64,000 nt of DNA from Escherichia coli (GTDB taxonomy: Bacteria > Pseudomonadota > Gammaproteobacteria > Enterobacterales > Enterobacteriaceae), in NCBI RefSeq assembly GCF_024298765.1, contig NZ_CP101211.1; one strand, 5' to 3'. The stretch's first letter is position 1, and the number at the start of each line of letters is the position of its first letter. The translations under genes and the position numbers were made by a program. Shown here piece after piece: positions 42,913 through 53,980 of this stretch. Below the pieces are notes generated by a model, which searched no databases, was not told the origin of the DNA, and worked only from the letters and a program-made list of their open reading frames with translations.

Positions 42913-43686
42913 TTAATTTTCTCCAAAAATTCGCTGTGAAATGGCATCTGCAAACTGACTCTGACGCGGGATGCCAAACCAGCTGCACAGTTTCATAAAA
43001 CGATGATCGCTCAGGCTGTCGCCCAGGCCAATTACGGGGAAGACTCCGCGTTCAGCCCGAAGTTTTTCAAGCAGCCATCTGACGGCCAGCCCTTTCTCAA
43101 CCGGGGTGGGAAGCCAGGCCACGTTATTACTGTTGCGGTGGATGTAGAAGCCCTCGGTCGGAAACACCGTTTCTATCTCATCTGCAATGGCATTGAGCTC
43201 GTCAAGGCGGGTGCTGTCGCGGTGCTTCATCACCATATAAACCGCCGTTTCACCGTATTCGAAGTTCAGCCTTGCCCAGGCATTGATCCCTTTTGCGTCC
43301 ATCATTTCAGTGATCAGACGCTGCATCGATGTCAGCTTTTCCTGGTAGGGAGCCAGCTGGCCAAGCATATGGGCCTTCCACTCCTCGTCGGGTTTGCCTT
43401 CAGGCGTGAGAATGACGGCCCCGTGCGTGGTGATTGCCCAGGAGTGGAAAGGGATCCGGACGCGGCTGATTTCTTCAGTTCCCCGGGCGGTAACAGGTAT
43501 GAGTTCAGCCTGCTCCAGGAGCCAGTCCACCAACATGGACTGTTCTTCCGTCATAAAGCTTCGTGGATTCAGGGTGCGATCAACGGCACCGGTACGGAAT
43601 GGCTCCAGGGCCAGCTCGTCCACCATTTTACGACGGGTCTGAAAGAGCGTGTCGTCAAGGTCGCTCAGAACAACGGGTTTATTCAT
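42913..43686 (-). CDS. HAD-superfamily hydrolase
   Basis: Starts MNKPVVLSDLDDTLF (HAD motif I DxDxT); the 112-codon upstream extension in the track lacks an RBS and overlaps the next gene. Confidence 0.65.
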   Translation of the reverse strand: MNKPVVLSDLDDTLFQTRRKMVDELALEPFRTGAVDRTLNPRSFMTEEQSMLVDWLLEQAELIPVTARGTEEISRVRIPFHSWAITTHGAVILTPEGKPDEEWKAHMLGQLAPYQEKLTSMQRLITEMMDAKGINAWARLNFEYGETAVYMVMKHRDSTRLDELNAIADEIETVFPTEGFYIHRNSNNVAWLPTPVEKGLAVRWLLEKLRAERGVFPVIGLGDSLSDHRFMKLCSWFGIPRQSQFADAISQRIFGEN

Positions 43687-44827
43687 AGGTAACAATCTCC
43701 ACGACGGGCGCAACCTCAGCCAGGGCTTTAAGAAGCTGCGTGTCAATACTTTCTGCGGGTGTCTCAGTACACACAAGAATACGGTCAAACTGCTGGTGGG
43801 CGACGTTATAGACAAAATTGGGGATGCCCAGCCCGTAGTTATCCGTAAAGGAAATGGCGGACTCAATGGCATAACCAACGGCGATAGGGGAGCGGGTGGT
43901 CGAACCATAAAGTGCCTGTGCTCCGGCAGCTTCGAGCCGTTCAGCAAGCAGGAACGGCTCCCAGACGAATTCCCCGGTCCCGAGAACCAGAATACGTTCC
44001 CCCTTGCGGACGGAGACCTCATGGCCGAGATCGGCCGCAGGTGCGAGCATCCCCAGTCGACCCCAGGACTGTTTTCCCAGGATGTCCCATTCTCCGCGTG
44101 AAGTTACGTTGACTTTCGGCATGTCCGGGACAGGTGCATCAGGTAATGGGGTCCATCCCCACTGACCGCTTACAAGCGAAACCGAAGTGACGGGCAAGGA
44201 TGTGCGCTCCGACAGGGCGTTGCTACTCCAGTCGGTAAGCGTAACGGCGATAACCTGTTCAATATGTTGAAGCTTGCCGGTATTACGCAGGGCAGAAAGC
44301 AGGTTAATAAAGGTATTACCGGTGGTTGCCTCGTCATCAATCAAAACCAGCGTTCGTGCGTTGGTAACACGACGTCTTTTCTCTTCATCATCTGGCAGAT
44401 AGATCAGATGATCGGTGGCGTGGCTGTGTTCTTCCTTGAACTCGCAAAGTAACGTGCCATCAACCGGGTGACGGGTAGAGGTCAGATAGACAGATTCACG
44501 ATGCTGGTGGCGCACTTCATCAAACACACCGGCCCCTAGCCCAACGGCGGTTTCAGCCATACCGATAAAAAGTACGGGCCCTGTCAGCGTTGCGGGGAAC
44601 TGGCTGGCAAGCTGTCTGTAGGCCTGCCGCATGACTGAGGGTGGCACGGGAATGTGCCTGCCGAGTACTTTGCTGACAAACAGAAAGGCGCGTTTCGGGT
44701 TACGTCTTTCAGCGATATCAAACAGGTCATCGAGCGAAACATCACCCTGGTCGCGGGTTACCTGTATCGTACCGCATGAGAGGGTACGGCGATAAATCAT
44801 ATCTTCGAGGGTATCAGACATAAACAC
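43679..44827 (-). CDS. Phosphoribosyltransferase-domain protein
   Basis: 382 aa; PRPP-binding motif VLIDDEATTGNT typical of type I PRTases. Confidence 0.65.
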   Translation of the reverse strand: MFMSDTLEDMIYRRTLSCGTIQVTRDQGDVSLDDLFDIAERRNPKRAFLFVSKVLGRHIPVPPSVMRQAYRQLASQFPATLTGPVLFIGMAETAVGLGAGVFDEVRHQHRESVYLTSTRHPVDGTLLCEFKEEHSHATDHLIYLPDDEEKRRRVTNARTLVLIDDEATTGNTFINLLSALRNTGKLQHIEQVIAVTLTDWSSNALSERTSLPVTSVSLVSGQWGWTPLPDAPVPDMPKVNVTSRGEWDILGKQSWGRLGMLAPAADLGHEVSVRKGERILVLGTGEFVWEPFLLAERLEAAGAQALYGSTTRSPIAVGYAIESAISFTDNYGLGIPNFVYNVAHQQFDRILVCTETPAESIDTQLLKALAEVAPVVEIVTYE

Positions 44828-44830
44828 GCC

Positions 44831-45889
44831 TTAATTCAGATGGTTAGAGAGTGATTCCGGGTAAACGATGACATCTGTGATGGATCTCACTGCAACCGGA
44901 GAAAAGGTATTTCTGGCGCTCTGGATCACCGCATCTTCAGACATCAGACCGAGCTTAAAGGCAGCAAACAACCCGGGAAGGTTCACCCCGCTGTGAAGGG
45001 TATAACCCACCCCGCCTGACGGACGCATGTTGGTTTCAAGCAGCACCGGGTTGCCATTCACATCGTTTCGCGTCTGAACATTCACCAGCCCGTCGGCCTT
45101 CATAACCCGGGCGCAGTCACAAGCCAGTTCCCAGGCGCTTCCTTCGTTTACCAGATACTGGATAGCCCCTTCCTTACGGCGTCCCACGGCTGCGAGTATT
45201 TCGCCCTTATCCGCGAGGATATCGACGGAAAATTCCGGGCCTGGCAGGTACGGCATCAAAACAAGGGGTTTAAACGACTCAGAAGCCGATGCTGCTGCAA
45301 TATACTGTTGCGGACTGACCAGACGATGTTCGGGATGATTAAAGACGGCCATGGGCGAAGCACTGTCATCAAAGCGCCAGAATCCCATGCCATAGATACC
45401 CGTCACCGGCTTCACGCATACCGGGCTGTCCGAGAACGGCGGGGCCGCGAGGTGCGTCTTTAATTCTGCCAGCGTATTCACCCGCCAGGACGGTACGACC
45501 GGGAGCCCGTTTTGCTCCATAAACTGAGCAAAAGTAACTTTTTCGTCAGCCAGAGTTAACCAGTCGACGCCTGTTGCACCGGTAGTAAGGGTGGCTCCGG
45601 TCGATTCAATGGCTGAACGGTGTTCTTCAAACCACTGGCTGTTACGGCCAGTATGAATATGGTGGATGCCGTAGGTCTGAATGGTTTCCTGAATAAACTG
45701 AAGACGTTTTTGAGGATCTTCAGGTTCAGTCAAAGAATAATCGGCAACGGAAAGAATTTCATGTCTTTCGTTACGGTGGGAGGCAAATACGGTAATAGCA
45801 AAATTATTTTTTTGTGCAAATGATTTTACCCCCTGAATAATATCTCGCTGGGAGGACAAACCTTCCATAAACCAAATTTTCTTGTTCAT
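44831..45889 (-). CDS. ATP-grasp-fold ligase-like protein
   Basis: 352 aa; size, position and Gly-rich segments consistent with the ATP-grasp gene found beside PRTase in ter islands. Confidence 0.5.
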   Translation of the reverse strand: MNKKIWFMEGLSSQRDIIQGVKSFAQKNNFAITVFASHRNERHEILSVADYSLTEPEDPQKRLQFIQETIQTYGIHHIHTGRNSQWFEEHRSAIESTGATLTTGATGVDWLTLADEKVTFAQFMEQNGLPVVPSWRVNTLAELKTHLAAPPFSDSPVCVKPVTGIYGMGFWRFDDSASPMAVFNHPEHRLVSPQQYIAAASASESFKPLVLMPYLPGPEFSVDILADKGEILAAVGRRKEGAIQYLVNEGSAWELACDCARVMKADGLVNVQTRNDVNGNPVLLETNMRPSGGVGYTLHSGVNLPGLFAAFKLGLMSEDAVIQSARNTFSPVAVRSITDVIVYPESLSNHLN

Positions 45890-46212
45890 TTTTTTTAATT
45901 ATCCGGAACGCCATGCAAATTTATGATTGAGAAGTGAGTCTATGAGTGTCTACGCTACATGTCAATCATAATATGATTAATAACTTCAGTGGTTATGGAG
46001 TGCGTCAGTGTTTTTTTTAGTGCCTTATAACGTATTGATATTTAAATTAAAAATAGAAAAATGAACACCATGAAAAGGATTTATTTTTGTGTTTTTGAAG
46101 AAAACTACCAAAATTTCCCTTGTCAGAGAACTTCATCATGATATGATTTTCTTCGTCAGTTACTAAATATACCTTTGATTGTCTCGGTCATTACCATTTT
46201 AAGGAATAAAAC
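45890..46212. promoter_or_regulatory. AT-rich divergent intergenic region between ATP-grasp (-) and terZ (+); presumed promoters
   Basis: 323-bp AT-rich non-coding stretch between divergent operons; RBS aaggaat before terZ. Confidence 0.35.
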
Positions 46213-46794
46213 ATGGTTTCATTAGTTAAGAACCAGACGGTATCACTCAGCAAAGAATCATCTGCATTAAGCCAGCTTCATTTCGGTCTCGGTTGGGATC
46301 CGGTTAAGAAAAAAGGTCTTCTTGGAGGATTGTTTGGAGGCAACGACTCAATCGATCTCGATGCTGGCTGCGTATTAATGGACAGCACCGGTAAAACAAT
46401 TGACACCATCTGGTTCCGCAAACTGGAATCCACCTGCGGCGCTGTTGTGCACAGTGGCGATAACCTGACCGGTGAGGGTGACGGTGACGATGAGGTGATT
46501 AAGGTCAACCTCTCCCGACTGCCTGCAAACGTTGAATACCTGGCGTTTACGGTAAACAGCTTCCGTGGTCAGTCGTTCAATGACGTCGAAAACGCGTTCT
46601 GCCGCGTTGTCGATCAAACCGGCAAAGAGCTGGCTCGCTACAAGCTGACTGAGCAGGGCTCACATACCGGGATCGTTATTTCTTCGCTGCGCCGTAATAA
46701 CGGCAACTGGGACTTTACCGCCCTTGGCCATGCCTGTCGCGGCCGCACAATTGACGATATGCACTCCGATATCGTTTCAGCGGTTATTCGCTAA
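46213..46794 (+). CDS. terZ: Tellurite resistance protein TerZ (TerD family)
   Basis: 193 aa; FGLGWD and [13 protein letters not shown] blocks. Confidence 0.8.
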   Translation: MVSLVKNQTVSLSKESSALSQLHFGLGWDPVKKKGLLGGLFGGNDSIDLDAGCVLMDSTGKTIDTIWFRKLESTCGAVVHSGDNLTGEGDGDDEVIKVNLSRLPANVEYLAFTVNSFRGQSFNDVENAFCRVVDQTGKELARYKLTEQGSHTGIVISSLRRNNGNWDFTALGHACRGRTIDDMHSDIVSAVIR

Positions 46795-47951
46795 TGAACC
46801 TGACGCCGGGGGGCAATGCCCCCGTTCCAGCCCAGGAGTTGCGGGTCCGGATCACCTCGGGCGGCCAGGTGGATGCTTCGGCGTTTCGCCTGTATGCCGA
46901 CGGGAAGGTGCAGGGTGATGCGGACATGGTGTTTTATGGTCAGCCACGTAACGATGATGGTACCGTCAGCCTGGTCAGTGAAGGCCAGTACTCAACCTTT
47001 ACTGTCGCGCTCAACCGGCTGAAACCTGATGTCCAGAAAATTGCGTTCACCGTGACCTGTGACGGTGGGCAGACGGTGTCCGGTCTTCGTAATCTTTCCA
47101 TCGACGTGGAGCAAGGGGCTACCGGCCTGGTTAGCGGCAGTGTCGAACTGAGCGGCCGTCAGGAAGCAGCCTTAATTCTGGGTGAATTTTACCGTCGTAA
47201 TAATGACTGGAAATTCCGCTTCGTTGCGCAGGGGTTCAACGGTGGACTTAAACCGCTGGCAGAGCATTTCGGCGTAAATATTGCCGACGAACCGGCTCCC
47301 GCAGCCCCGACTCCTCCGGTTGTAACCCCTCCGCCAGTTGAGACAAAAATCAGCCTGAGCAAGGTATCGCTGACAAAAGAGAAGCCTGCAATCAGCCTGA
47401 CCAAACGGGATAACTTCGGTGAAATCCGGATCAACCTGAACTGGCACCGGGGCAGCGGCAAATCAGGCTTTGCAGGCATGTTCGGCTCCAAAGGAATCGA
47501 CCTGGATCTGGGGGCCTTTGTTGAGCTTCAGGACGGGTATAAATCGGTCATTCAGGCGCTCGGTAATGCATTCGGTAATTATCGCGATGAACCGTATGTT
47601 CAGCTCAAGGGCGATGACCGGACGGGTGATGTATCAGACGGCGAGTGGCTGCATATCAATGGACGTGAATGGAAGCATATCCGCGAAGTGCTGATTTACG
47701 CCTTTATTTATGAAGGTGTTCCCAGCTGGGACAAGACTGATGGTGTGGTCACCATTCATGTGCCGGATCAACCGCCCATTGAGACCCGCCTGACCGAAGG
47801 TGAAAACCGTCGCACATTGTGCGCCATTGCCAGACTCGTAAACGAAAACGGCGCAATTAAAGTCGAGCGAATTAACCAGTACTTCAAAGGCCAGGACGAA
47901 ATGGACCGGGCATTTGGCTGGGGATTTCGCTGGAGCGCCGGTTCTAAATAA
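46794..47951 (+). CDS. terA: Tellurite resistance protein TerA
   Basis: 385 aa; start overlaps terZ stop; TerD-like N-terminal domain plus C-terminal extension. Confidence 0.75.
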   Translation: MNLTPGGNAPVPAQELRVRITSGGQVDASAFRLYADGKVQGDADMVFYGQPRNDDGTVSLVSEGQYSTFTVALNRLKPDVQKIAFTVTCDGGQTVSGLRNLSIDVEQGATGLVSGSVELSGRQEAALILGEFYRRNNDWKFRFVAQGFNGGLKPLAEHFGVNIADEPAPAAPTPPVVTPPPVETKISLSKVSLTKEKPAISLTKRDNFGEIRINLNWHRGSGKSGFAGMFGSKGIDLDLGAFVELQDGYKSVIQALGNAFGNYRDEPYVQLKGDDRTGDVSDGEWLHINGREWKHIREVLIYAFIYEGVPSWDKTDGVVTIHVPDQPPIETRLTEGENRRTLCAIARLVNENGAIKVERINQYFKGQDEMDRAFGWGFRWSAGSK

Positions 47952-47973
47952 CACAGCAACAAAGGAAACAGGT

Positions 47974-48429
47974 ATGAGCTTTTTCGACAAGGTAAAAGGT
48001 GCCATTAACTCTGGCCGGGACGAACTGACCCGCCAGGTTGGTCGTTTCAAAAACAAAAAATTTATGCACGGCACCGTTGCTGTATGTGCCCGTATTGCCG
48101 TATCGAGTGACGGCGTGAGTTCGGAAGAAAAGCAGAAAATGATGGGCTTTCTTCGCTCTTCAGAAGAGCTGAAGGTCTTCGATACCAATGAGGTGATCGA
48201 GTTCTTCAATAAACTGGTTTCAAGCTTCGATTTCGATGTTGAAATCGGCAAGGGCGAAACCATGAAATACATCCTGGCGCTGAAAGATCAGCCTGAGGCC
48301 GCTCAGCTGGCCTTACGTGTTGGTATTGCCGTTGCGAAAAGTGACGGTAACTTCGATCAGGACGAGAAACTGGCCTCCCGCGAGATCGCTATCGCGTTGG
48401 GCTTCGACCCGGCTGAATTTGGCCTCTGA
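47974..48429 (+). CDS. terB: Tellurite resistance protein TerB
   Basis: Starts MSFFDKVKGAIN with RBS aaggaaacagg; 151 aa (track ORF begins 60 nt upstream inside terA end). Confidence 0.75.
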   Translation: MSFFDKVKGAINSGRDELTRQVGRFKNKKFMHGTVAVCARIAVSSDGVSSEEKQKMMGFLRSSEELKVFDTNEVIEFFNKLVSSFDFDVEIGKGETMKYILALKDQPEAAQLALRVGIAVAKSDGNFDQDEKLASREIAIALGFDPAEFGL

Positions 48430-48451
48430 TCCACATCCCTAAGGGTAAAAT

Positions 48452-49492
48452 ATGGTTTCCACACACATCGGCTTCCCGACTGAAACGGTCATTGTTTTCA
48501 TTGCGCTTTCAGTCGGTGCCATCTTTATTGACCTGTTTATGCACCGTGATGACAAGCCCATTTCCCTGAAGAGTGCGGCGCTCTGGTCCGTATTCTGGGT
48601 TGTGGTTGCGATGGCATTTGCCGGTTTCCTCTACATCCACCACGGTGCTGAGGTTGCCAGCCTGTTTGTAACGGGTTATGCGCTGGAGAAAGTGCTGTCG
48701 GTCGACAACCTGTTTGTCATGATGGCCATCTTCTCCTGGTTCGCCGTTCCTGATCGTTACCGCCACCGTGTTCTCTACTGGGGGATCATTGGTGCCATCG
48801 TCTTCAGGGGCATCTTTGTCGCCATCGGTACGAGCCTGCTGAGTCTGGGGCCGTATGTTGAAGTTGTCTTCGCTATCATCGTCGCCTGGACGGCGGTCAT
48901 GATGCTTAAAAGCGGTGATGACGATGATGAAATTGAGGATTATTCCCAGCATCTGGCTTACCGCATGGTTAAACGCTTCTTCCCTATCTGGCCGAAGCTC
49001 AGAGGTCATGCTTTCCTGCTTAACCAGAAGGAAGTGGATGCCGAACTGGCGAAACCAGAAAACAGCGATGTCACCATTGGCCGTGGTAAAAAGGCGGCGC
49101 TGTATGCGACCCCTCTGTTCCTGTGTGTGGCCGTGGTTGAACTCTCGGATGTTATGTTTGCGTTTGACTCGGTACCGGCAATCATTGCCGTCAGTCGTGA
49201 ACCGCTTATCGTCTATAGTGCCATGATGTTTGCTATCCTGGGCCTGCGTACTCTGTACTTTGTCCTTGAAGCACTGAAACAGTACCTGGTTCATCTGGAG
49301 AAGGCCGTTATCGTGCTGCTGTTCTTCATCGCGGCAAAACTGGGCCTGAATGCGACCGATCACATTTGGCATCATGGTTACAGCATCGCGGCGACAACCA
49401 GCCTGTATGTTGTACTGGGTGTTTTGGCGCTGGGCATTCTCGCAAGCGTCATGTTCCCGGGCAAACCTGAATCTGAGGAAAAGGGGAGCTGA
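48452..49492 (+). CDS. terC: Integral membrane protein TerC
   Basis: 346 aa, multiple transmembrane helices; position in operon. Confidence 0.8.
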   Translation: MVSTHIGFPTETVIVFIALSVGAIFIDLFMHRDDKPISLKSAALWSVFWVVVAMAFAGFLYIHHGAEVASLFVTGYALEKVLSVDNLFVMMAIFSWFAVPDRYRHRVLYWGIIGAIVFRGIFVAIGTSLLSLGPYVEVVFAIIVAWTAVMMLKSGDDDDEIEDYSQHLAYRMVKRFFPIWPKLRGHAFLLNQKEVDAELAKPENSDVTIGRGKKAALYATPLFLCVAVVELSDVMFAFDSVPAIIAVSREPLIVYSAMMFAILGLRTLYFVLEALKQYLVHLEKAVIVLLFFIAAKLGLNATDHIWHHGYSIAATTSLYVVLGVLALGILASVMFPGKPESEEKGS

Positions 49493-49540
49493 TCCCCTGA
49501 AGTGTTAACCTGAACAATTACTAATCGAAGAGGTTATTTT

Positions 49541-50119
49541 ATGAGTGTTTCTCTTTCCAAAGGCGGGAACGTCTCCCTGAGTAAAGCAGCTCCGTCAATG
49601 AAAAACGTCCTGGTGGGCCTTGGCTGGGATGCGCGTTCAACAGACGGTCAGGACTTTGACCTGGATGCTTCAGCATTCCTGCTGGCCGCAAATGGCAAAG
49701 TGCGCGGCGATTCAGATTTCATCTTCTATAACAACCTGACGTCATCTGACGGTTCCGTAACCCATACCGGTGATAACCGTACCGGTGAAGGTGATGGTGA
49801 TGATGAATCGCTGAAAATTAAACTGGACGCCGTCCCGTCTGATGTTGACAAGATCATCTTCGTTGTCACTATCCATGATGCTCAGGCTCGTCGCCAGAGC
49901 TTTGGTCAGGTATCCGGTGCGTTTATTCGCCTGGTCAATGACGATAACCAGACTGAAGTCGCTCGCTACGATCTGACCGAAGATGCGTCCACTGAGACTG
50001 CCATGCTGTTCGGCGAGCTGTATCGCCACAATGGTGAGTGGAAATTCCGCGCAGTGGGCCAGGGTTATGCTGGTGGTCTGGCATCTGTATGTGCTCAGTA
50101 CGGCATTAACGCGTCCTGA
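49541..50119 (+). CDS. terD: Tellurite resistance protein TerD
   Basis: 192 aa; [33 protein letters not shown]. Confidence 0.85.
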   Translation: MSVSLSKGGNVSLSKAAPSMKNVLVGLGWDARSTDGQDFDLDASAFLLAANGKVRGDSDFIFYNNLTSSDGSVTHTGDNRTGEGDGDDESLKIKLDAVPSDVDKIIFVVTIHDAQARRQSFGQVSGAFIRLVNDDNQTEVARYDLTEDASTETAMLFGELYRHNGEWKFRAVGQGYAGGLASVCAQYGINAS

Positions 50120-50186
50120 TCGAAAAGTAACTTTTCACCCGGGGCTGTTAATGCAGCCCTCATTCAACTGTTTGCAGGAGCTAAAA

Positions 50187-50762
50187 ATGGCAGTTTCTCT
50201 CGTAAAAGGCGGCAACGTATCTCTGACCAAAGAAGCACCAACCATGAATATCGCTATGGTTGGCCTCGGCTGGGATGCCCGTGTAACTGACGGTCAGGCT
50301 TTTGACCTGGACGCTTCCGTGTTCGCAGTAGGCGAAGACGGTAAAGTGCTGTCAGATGCGCATTTCATTTTCTTCAATAACAAAACCAGCCCTGATGGCG
50401 CGGTAGAGCACCAGGGCGACAACCGTACCGGTGAAGGCGACGGTGACGATGAGCAGGTCAAAATCGATCTGACCAAAGTCTCAGCAGATATCAAAAAACT
50501 GGTGTTTGCCGTTACCATCTATGATGCAGAAGCGCGTAAACAAAACTTCGGCATGGTGAGCAACAGCTTCATGCGCGTTTACAACAACGACAACGGCACG
50601 GAAATTGCCCGTTTCGATCTGTCTGAAGATGCCTCAACCGAAACCGCTATGGTCTTCGGTGAACTGTATCGTCATGGCGCTGAGTGGAAGTTTAAAGCTG
50701 TCGGTCAGGGCTTTGCCGGTGGCCTGGCGGCTCTTGCCTCCCAGCACGGCGTTAACATCTAA
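50187..50762 (+). CDS. terE: Tellurite resistance protein TerE
   Basis: Starts [15 protein letters not shown] with RBS gcaggag; 191 aa; paralog of terD. Confidence 0.8.
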   Translation: MAVSLVKGGNVSLTKEAPTMNIAMVGLGWDARVTDGQAFDLDASVFAVGEDGKVLSDAHFIFFNNKTSPDGAVEHQGDNRTGEGDGDDEQVKIDLTKVSADIKKLVFAVTIYDAEARKQNFGMVSNSFMRVYNNDNGTEIARFDLSEDASTETAMVFGELYRHGAEWKFKAVGQGFAGGLAALASQHGVNI

Positions 50763-50779
50763 AACAACGCTGAATCATA

Positions 50780-50804
50780 CCCCGGCAATGCCGGGGTTTT
50801 TTTT
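50780..50804 (+). terminator. Intrinsic terminator after terE
   Basis: CCCCGGCAATGCCGGGG hairpin followed by TTTTTTTT. Confidence 0.65.
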
Positions 50805-51190
50805 GGTTGCGATCCGCTTTCAGGAGGGAGTAGTAGAAAGGGGACTGGAAATTTCAGAAAGCAGGTCATGTTAATTCAGACCTGAGCCTTTTAAAGGCAG
50901 GAAACGGATTTATCTCTGGTTGCTGGTTAAAGCCGGTATTCCGTGCCTTTTATCAACAGAATGCCCCTCTGATATATGTTACTTTTGCGGTTTATGAAGG
51001 AACGGGATCTGGAACATAAGATACCCGGTCAATCAAAATTCCAGTTCAACAGGTATAGAAACTTCAGCGTGATGAAATATGGTGTCACACCATATATACG
51101 CCTCACCAGAAATCCAGCGTCCTGAACTAAGCCTGGGGAACATATATAAGCGCTGCGCTTTAAAAATAATCAAAAATCAGGAGAGTTAAT

Positions 51191-52432
51191 GTGAATCTAC
51201 AATCCGGACAAAACATACCGCTTCAGCAATCTGCGATCAGGCTGAATCTTCAGTACCCTGCCAAATCCGGCTTTAAAGGCGAACCCGATACCTGCCTCTT
51301 CCTGCTTAATGCTCAGGGAAAGGTAACCGGCGATTCTGACTTTATCTTTTATAATAATCTGTCTTCTCCTGAAGGGGCAGTAAAGCTCGTTACCGGTTCT
51401 CAGCAGTCCAGCATTGAGATAGCACTGGATCGTGTTCCGGCGAACGTCAGTAAGATTGCGATCACCGTTGTCATTGATGGTGAAGATACTATCAGTGGGC
51501 TCAGTTTATTGAGCATTCAGGCTCCTGGTATCGCTGATTTTCAGGCTGAGACTCAGGGCCGCAGTGAGAAAGCAATCATCCTGGGTGAAGTATATCGGCA
51601 CAATGGCGCCTGGAAGCTTCGTGCGCTCGGGCAGGGTTTCAACGGTGGTCTTGAGCCTCTGGCCATTAGCTTTGGCGTTGATGTCGCACAGCCAGCTCCG
51701 CAGCCAGCAAAGCCTGCTCGTATCAGTCTGGAAAAGAAACTTGAAACCAGATCTCCGCGCCTCGTAAGCCTCGCTAAAAAAGCCTCGGTCAGTCTCACTA
51801 AAAATAAACTGGACACCCTTGAGGCAGCGGTTGCATTTGTACTTGACGCATCCGGCTCAATGAGTGGCCAGTTCAGTAAGGGCAACGTTCAGTCTGTGCT
51901 GGACCGCATCGCCGTTCTTGCCGCCCAGTTCGACGACGACGGTGAAATGGATGTCTGGGGATTTGGAGAGAAGCACAAGAAGTATCCAAACGTCACACTG
52001 GACAACCTGGACACATATATTCAGTCCATTCGCGGGTCTGGAAAGCGTTCAGCCTGGGAGAACCTGCCGGGACTTGGTGGGACAAACAATGAGCCCCCTG
52101 TGATGGAAGAAATTGTCGACTACTTTAAGGACTCGAAAATCCCGGTATATGTTGTATTTATTACCGATGGCGGGATCAGCAAGACCCGGGCGATTAAAGA
52201 TGCAATCCGGCGTTCTGCCAACTACCCCATCTTCTGGAAGTTTGTCGGCCTGGGTGGTTCAAGCTACGGTATCCTCAAAAATCTGGATGACTTTACTGAC
52301 CGCCGGGTTGATAACACCCACTTCTTTGCCATGGATGATTTCGGTTCGATCAGCGATGAAAAGTTATATGATAATTTACTGGAAGAATTCAGACCGTGGA
52401 TCGATGAAACAAAAAGGTTAGGCATCCTGTAA
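51191..52432 (+). CDS. terF: Tellurite resistance protein TerF (TerD-like N-domain plus vWA-like C-domain)
   Basis: 413 aa, GTG start after RBS aggagag; C-terminal DASGSM and ITDGG blocks. Confidence 0.65.
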
Positions 52433-52994
52433 TACGCACAGTTTTCGCATGGTTAAAGGAGCTCTACAGCAGCTTAATACTGTAGAGCCTTTGTTCACTG
52501 GAAATCGTACAGGGAGGAGCATATGGACCGCATCAAGTACCTGAAATGGATAGCTGAAGAATCACCAACTGATGATGAAATCGACAACTACGATAGTATC
52601 ATTAGTCGGGGCGCAGAAAGGGCCGAGAAGGTTCAGTTGTCTTTAAGACGTTAATATACGGGAGTTTAAATGTTCGCAGAAATCAAAGATAATTATTCGT
52701 TAGGTGGATAAAGAAAGGTTGCCATTACCAGCTTTCGACGAGTCGAAAATAAAAACCTTATTTATAGTGACAGGGAGTATGAGCTGACGCTTGCCAATGG
52801 AACAATAATTAAAAATGTACTTAGAAAAGAAGAGTGGGAACTGTTAGAAAGCAATTCAATTAAGGTTATATTATAACGAAAATATATTTACAGTTTTGGA
52901 TAGGTTTCAAACGAGTCCGGACATTTGTACCTGAAGTATCTGACATTACAGTTAAGTGACGATTATGCCAGCACGTCTGTTGCTGGCAGCTTAG

Positions 52995-53276
52995 CTATCG
53001 GTCTAAAAGCTGATCCATTAATAATTCTTCGTAAAGCCCAGAGGTATCGGGCTTTATTACAATATCCGTTATTTCGAAGCGTTCAAGTACAAATTGCAGA
53101 TATTCCGGAGTAACGTAGTAGGGATCAGGTTCAGCCAGATTAGTATAGAGTGGGTCTTCTGCTGCATTAATGTCATAATCAATGCACATATGAAACCACT
53201 GCAAAGGTGGATCCCAGCCTAACATCACCTGAACAATTCCCTGATTGCTTTTCACCTCATACCAGTGCTGGCTCAT
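52995..53276 (-). CDS. Hypothetical small protein
   Basis: 93-aa ORF. Confidence 0.25.
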   Translation of the reverse strand: MSQHWYEVKSNQGIVQVMLGWDPPLQWFHMCIDYDINAAEDPLYTNLAEPDPYYVTPEYLQFVLERFEITDIVIKPDTSGLYEELLMDQLLDR

Positions 53277-53325
53277 ACTTAGTCCTTAAGAAAATTTGTC
53301 ATCGGAAAATAACACGAAGCCTGCA

Positions 53326-53517
53326 TCATCGAGGCGCATAACCTTCTTCCCTTAACGCCTGTTGTAATTTATCAACTGCGCTTTTCATTACCCAGGCTTC
53401 TTCGTCACTCACAGCACAACCACGTAGATCGCTCCAGCTCAGACGTTTAACAAATTGAGCAAGGGCCATAGTTTCGTTCTCATCAAGCCGCAAACTCAGT
53501 GTCTCAATACCTTCCAC
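53326..53517 (-). CDS. Hypothetical small protein
   Basis: 63-aa ORF. Confidence 0.2.
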   Translation of the reverse strand: MEGIETLSLRLDENETMALAQFVKRLSWSDLRGCAVSDEEAWVMKSAVDKLQQALREEGYAPR

Positions 53518-53608
53518 AATCTAACCTCCCTTATAATGAAAAATGGCGCTTTACTTCTGACCAGATGCCGAAGCCTTGAATGCAGCCGGAACTGTCGTTG
53601 TTTCTACT

Positions 53609-53980
53609 TTACAGAAATGGAATTAAAAAGTGGTGATGCTGGGCACGTTTCTTTTCCAGCCGGGGTTTAAGCCAGAGCTGAAACTCATTCAACTTCTCAG
53701 CAGCCAAAACCGCTTCAACGGGGAAAACTTTATATTTACCCTGTTGCTGAGGTTCACCCAGCCATCGCCTGATGGCTCCGTCAGTCCATAAACGAGTCTC
53801 TTTTAGCCTAGTTACAGTGACCCATTTTCTGGACCATTCATCAAATTGTCGCTGGCGATCCCGATAACGTTGTTCTTCCTGCTGCCGAAGCCACTCGCGA
53901 TCAACAGCAAATTTTCGGTATCCAACAAAGAGCCCTTGTACTTTGGCCATGTCATATTCCGGTTGCTTAGAGTTACTCAT
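53609..53980 (-). CDS. Hypothetical protein
   Basis: 123-aa ORF. Confidence 0.3.
   Translation of the reverse strand: MSNSKQPEYDMAKVQGLFVGYRKFAVDREWLRQQEEQRYRDRQRQFDEWSRKWVTVTRLKETRLWTDGAIRRWLGEPQQQGKYKVFPVEAVLAAEKLNEFQLWLKPRLEKKRAQHHHFLIPFL

Noticed and set aside
42913-44022. 369-aa version of the HAD gene (also long upstream extensions of ORFs 35643-36887, 47914-48429, 49983-50762, 38071-38790)
   Set aside because: The upstream extensions overlap the preceding gene, lack an RBS and precede an internal start with a good RBS and the expected family N-terminus; internal starts were used
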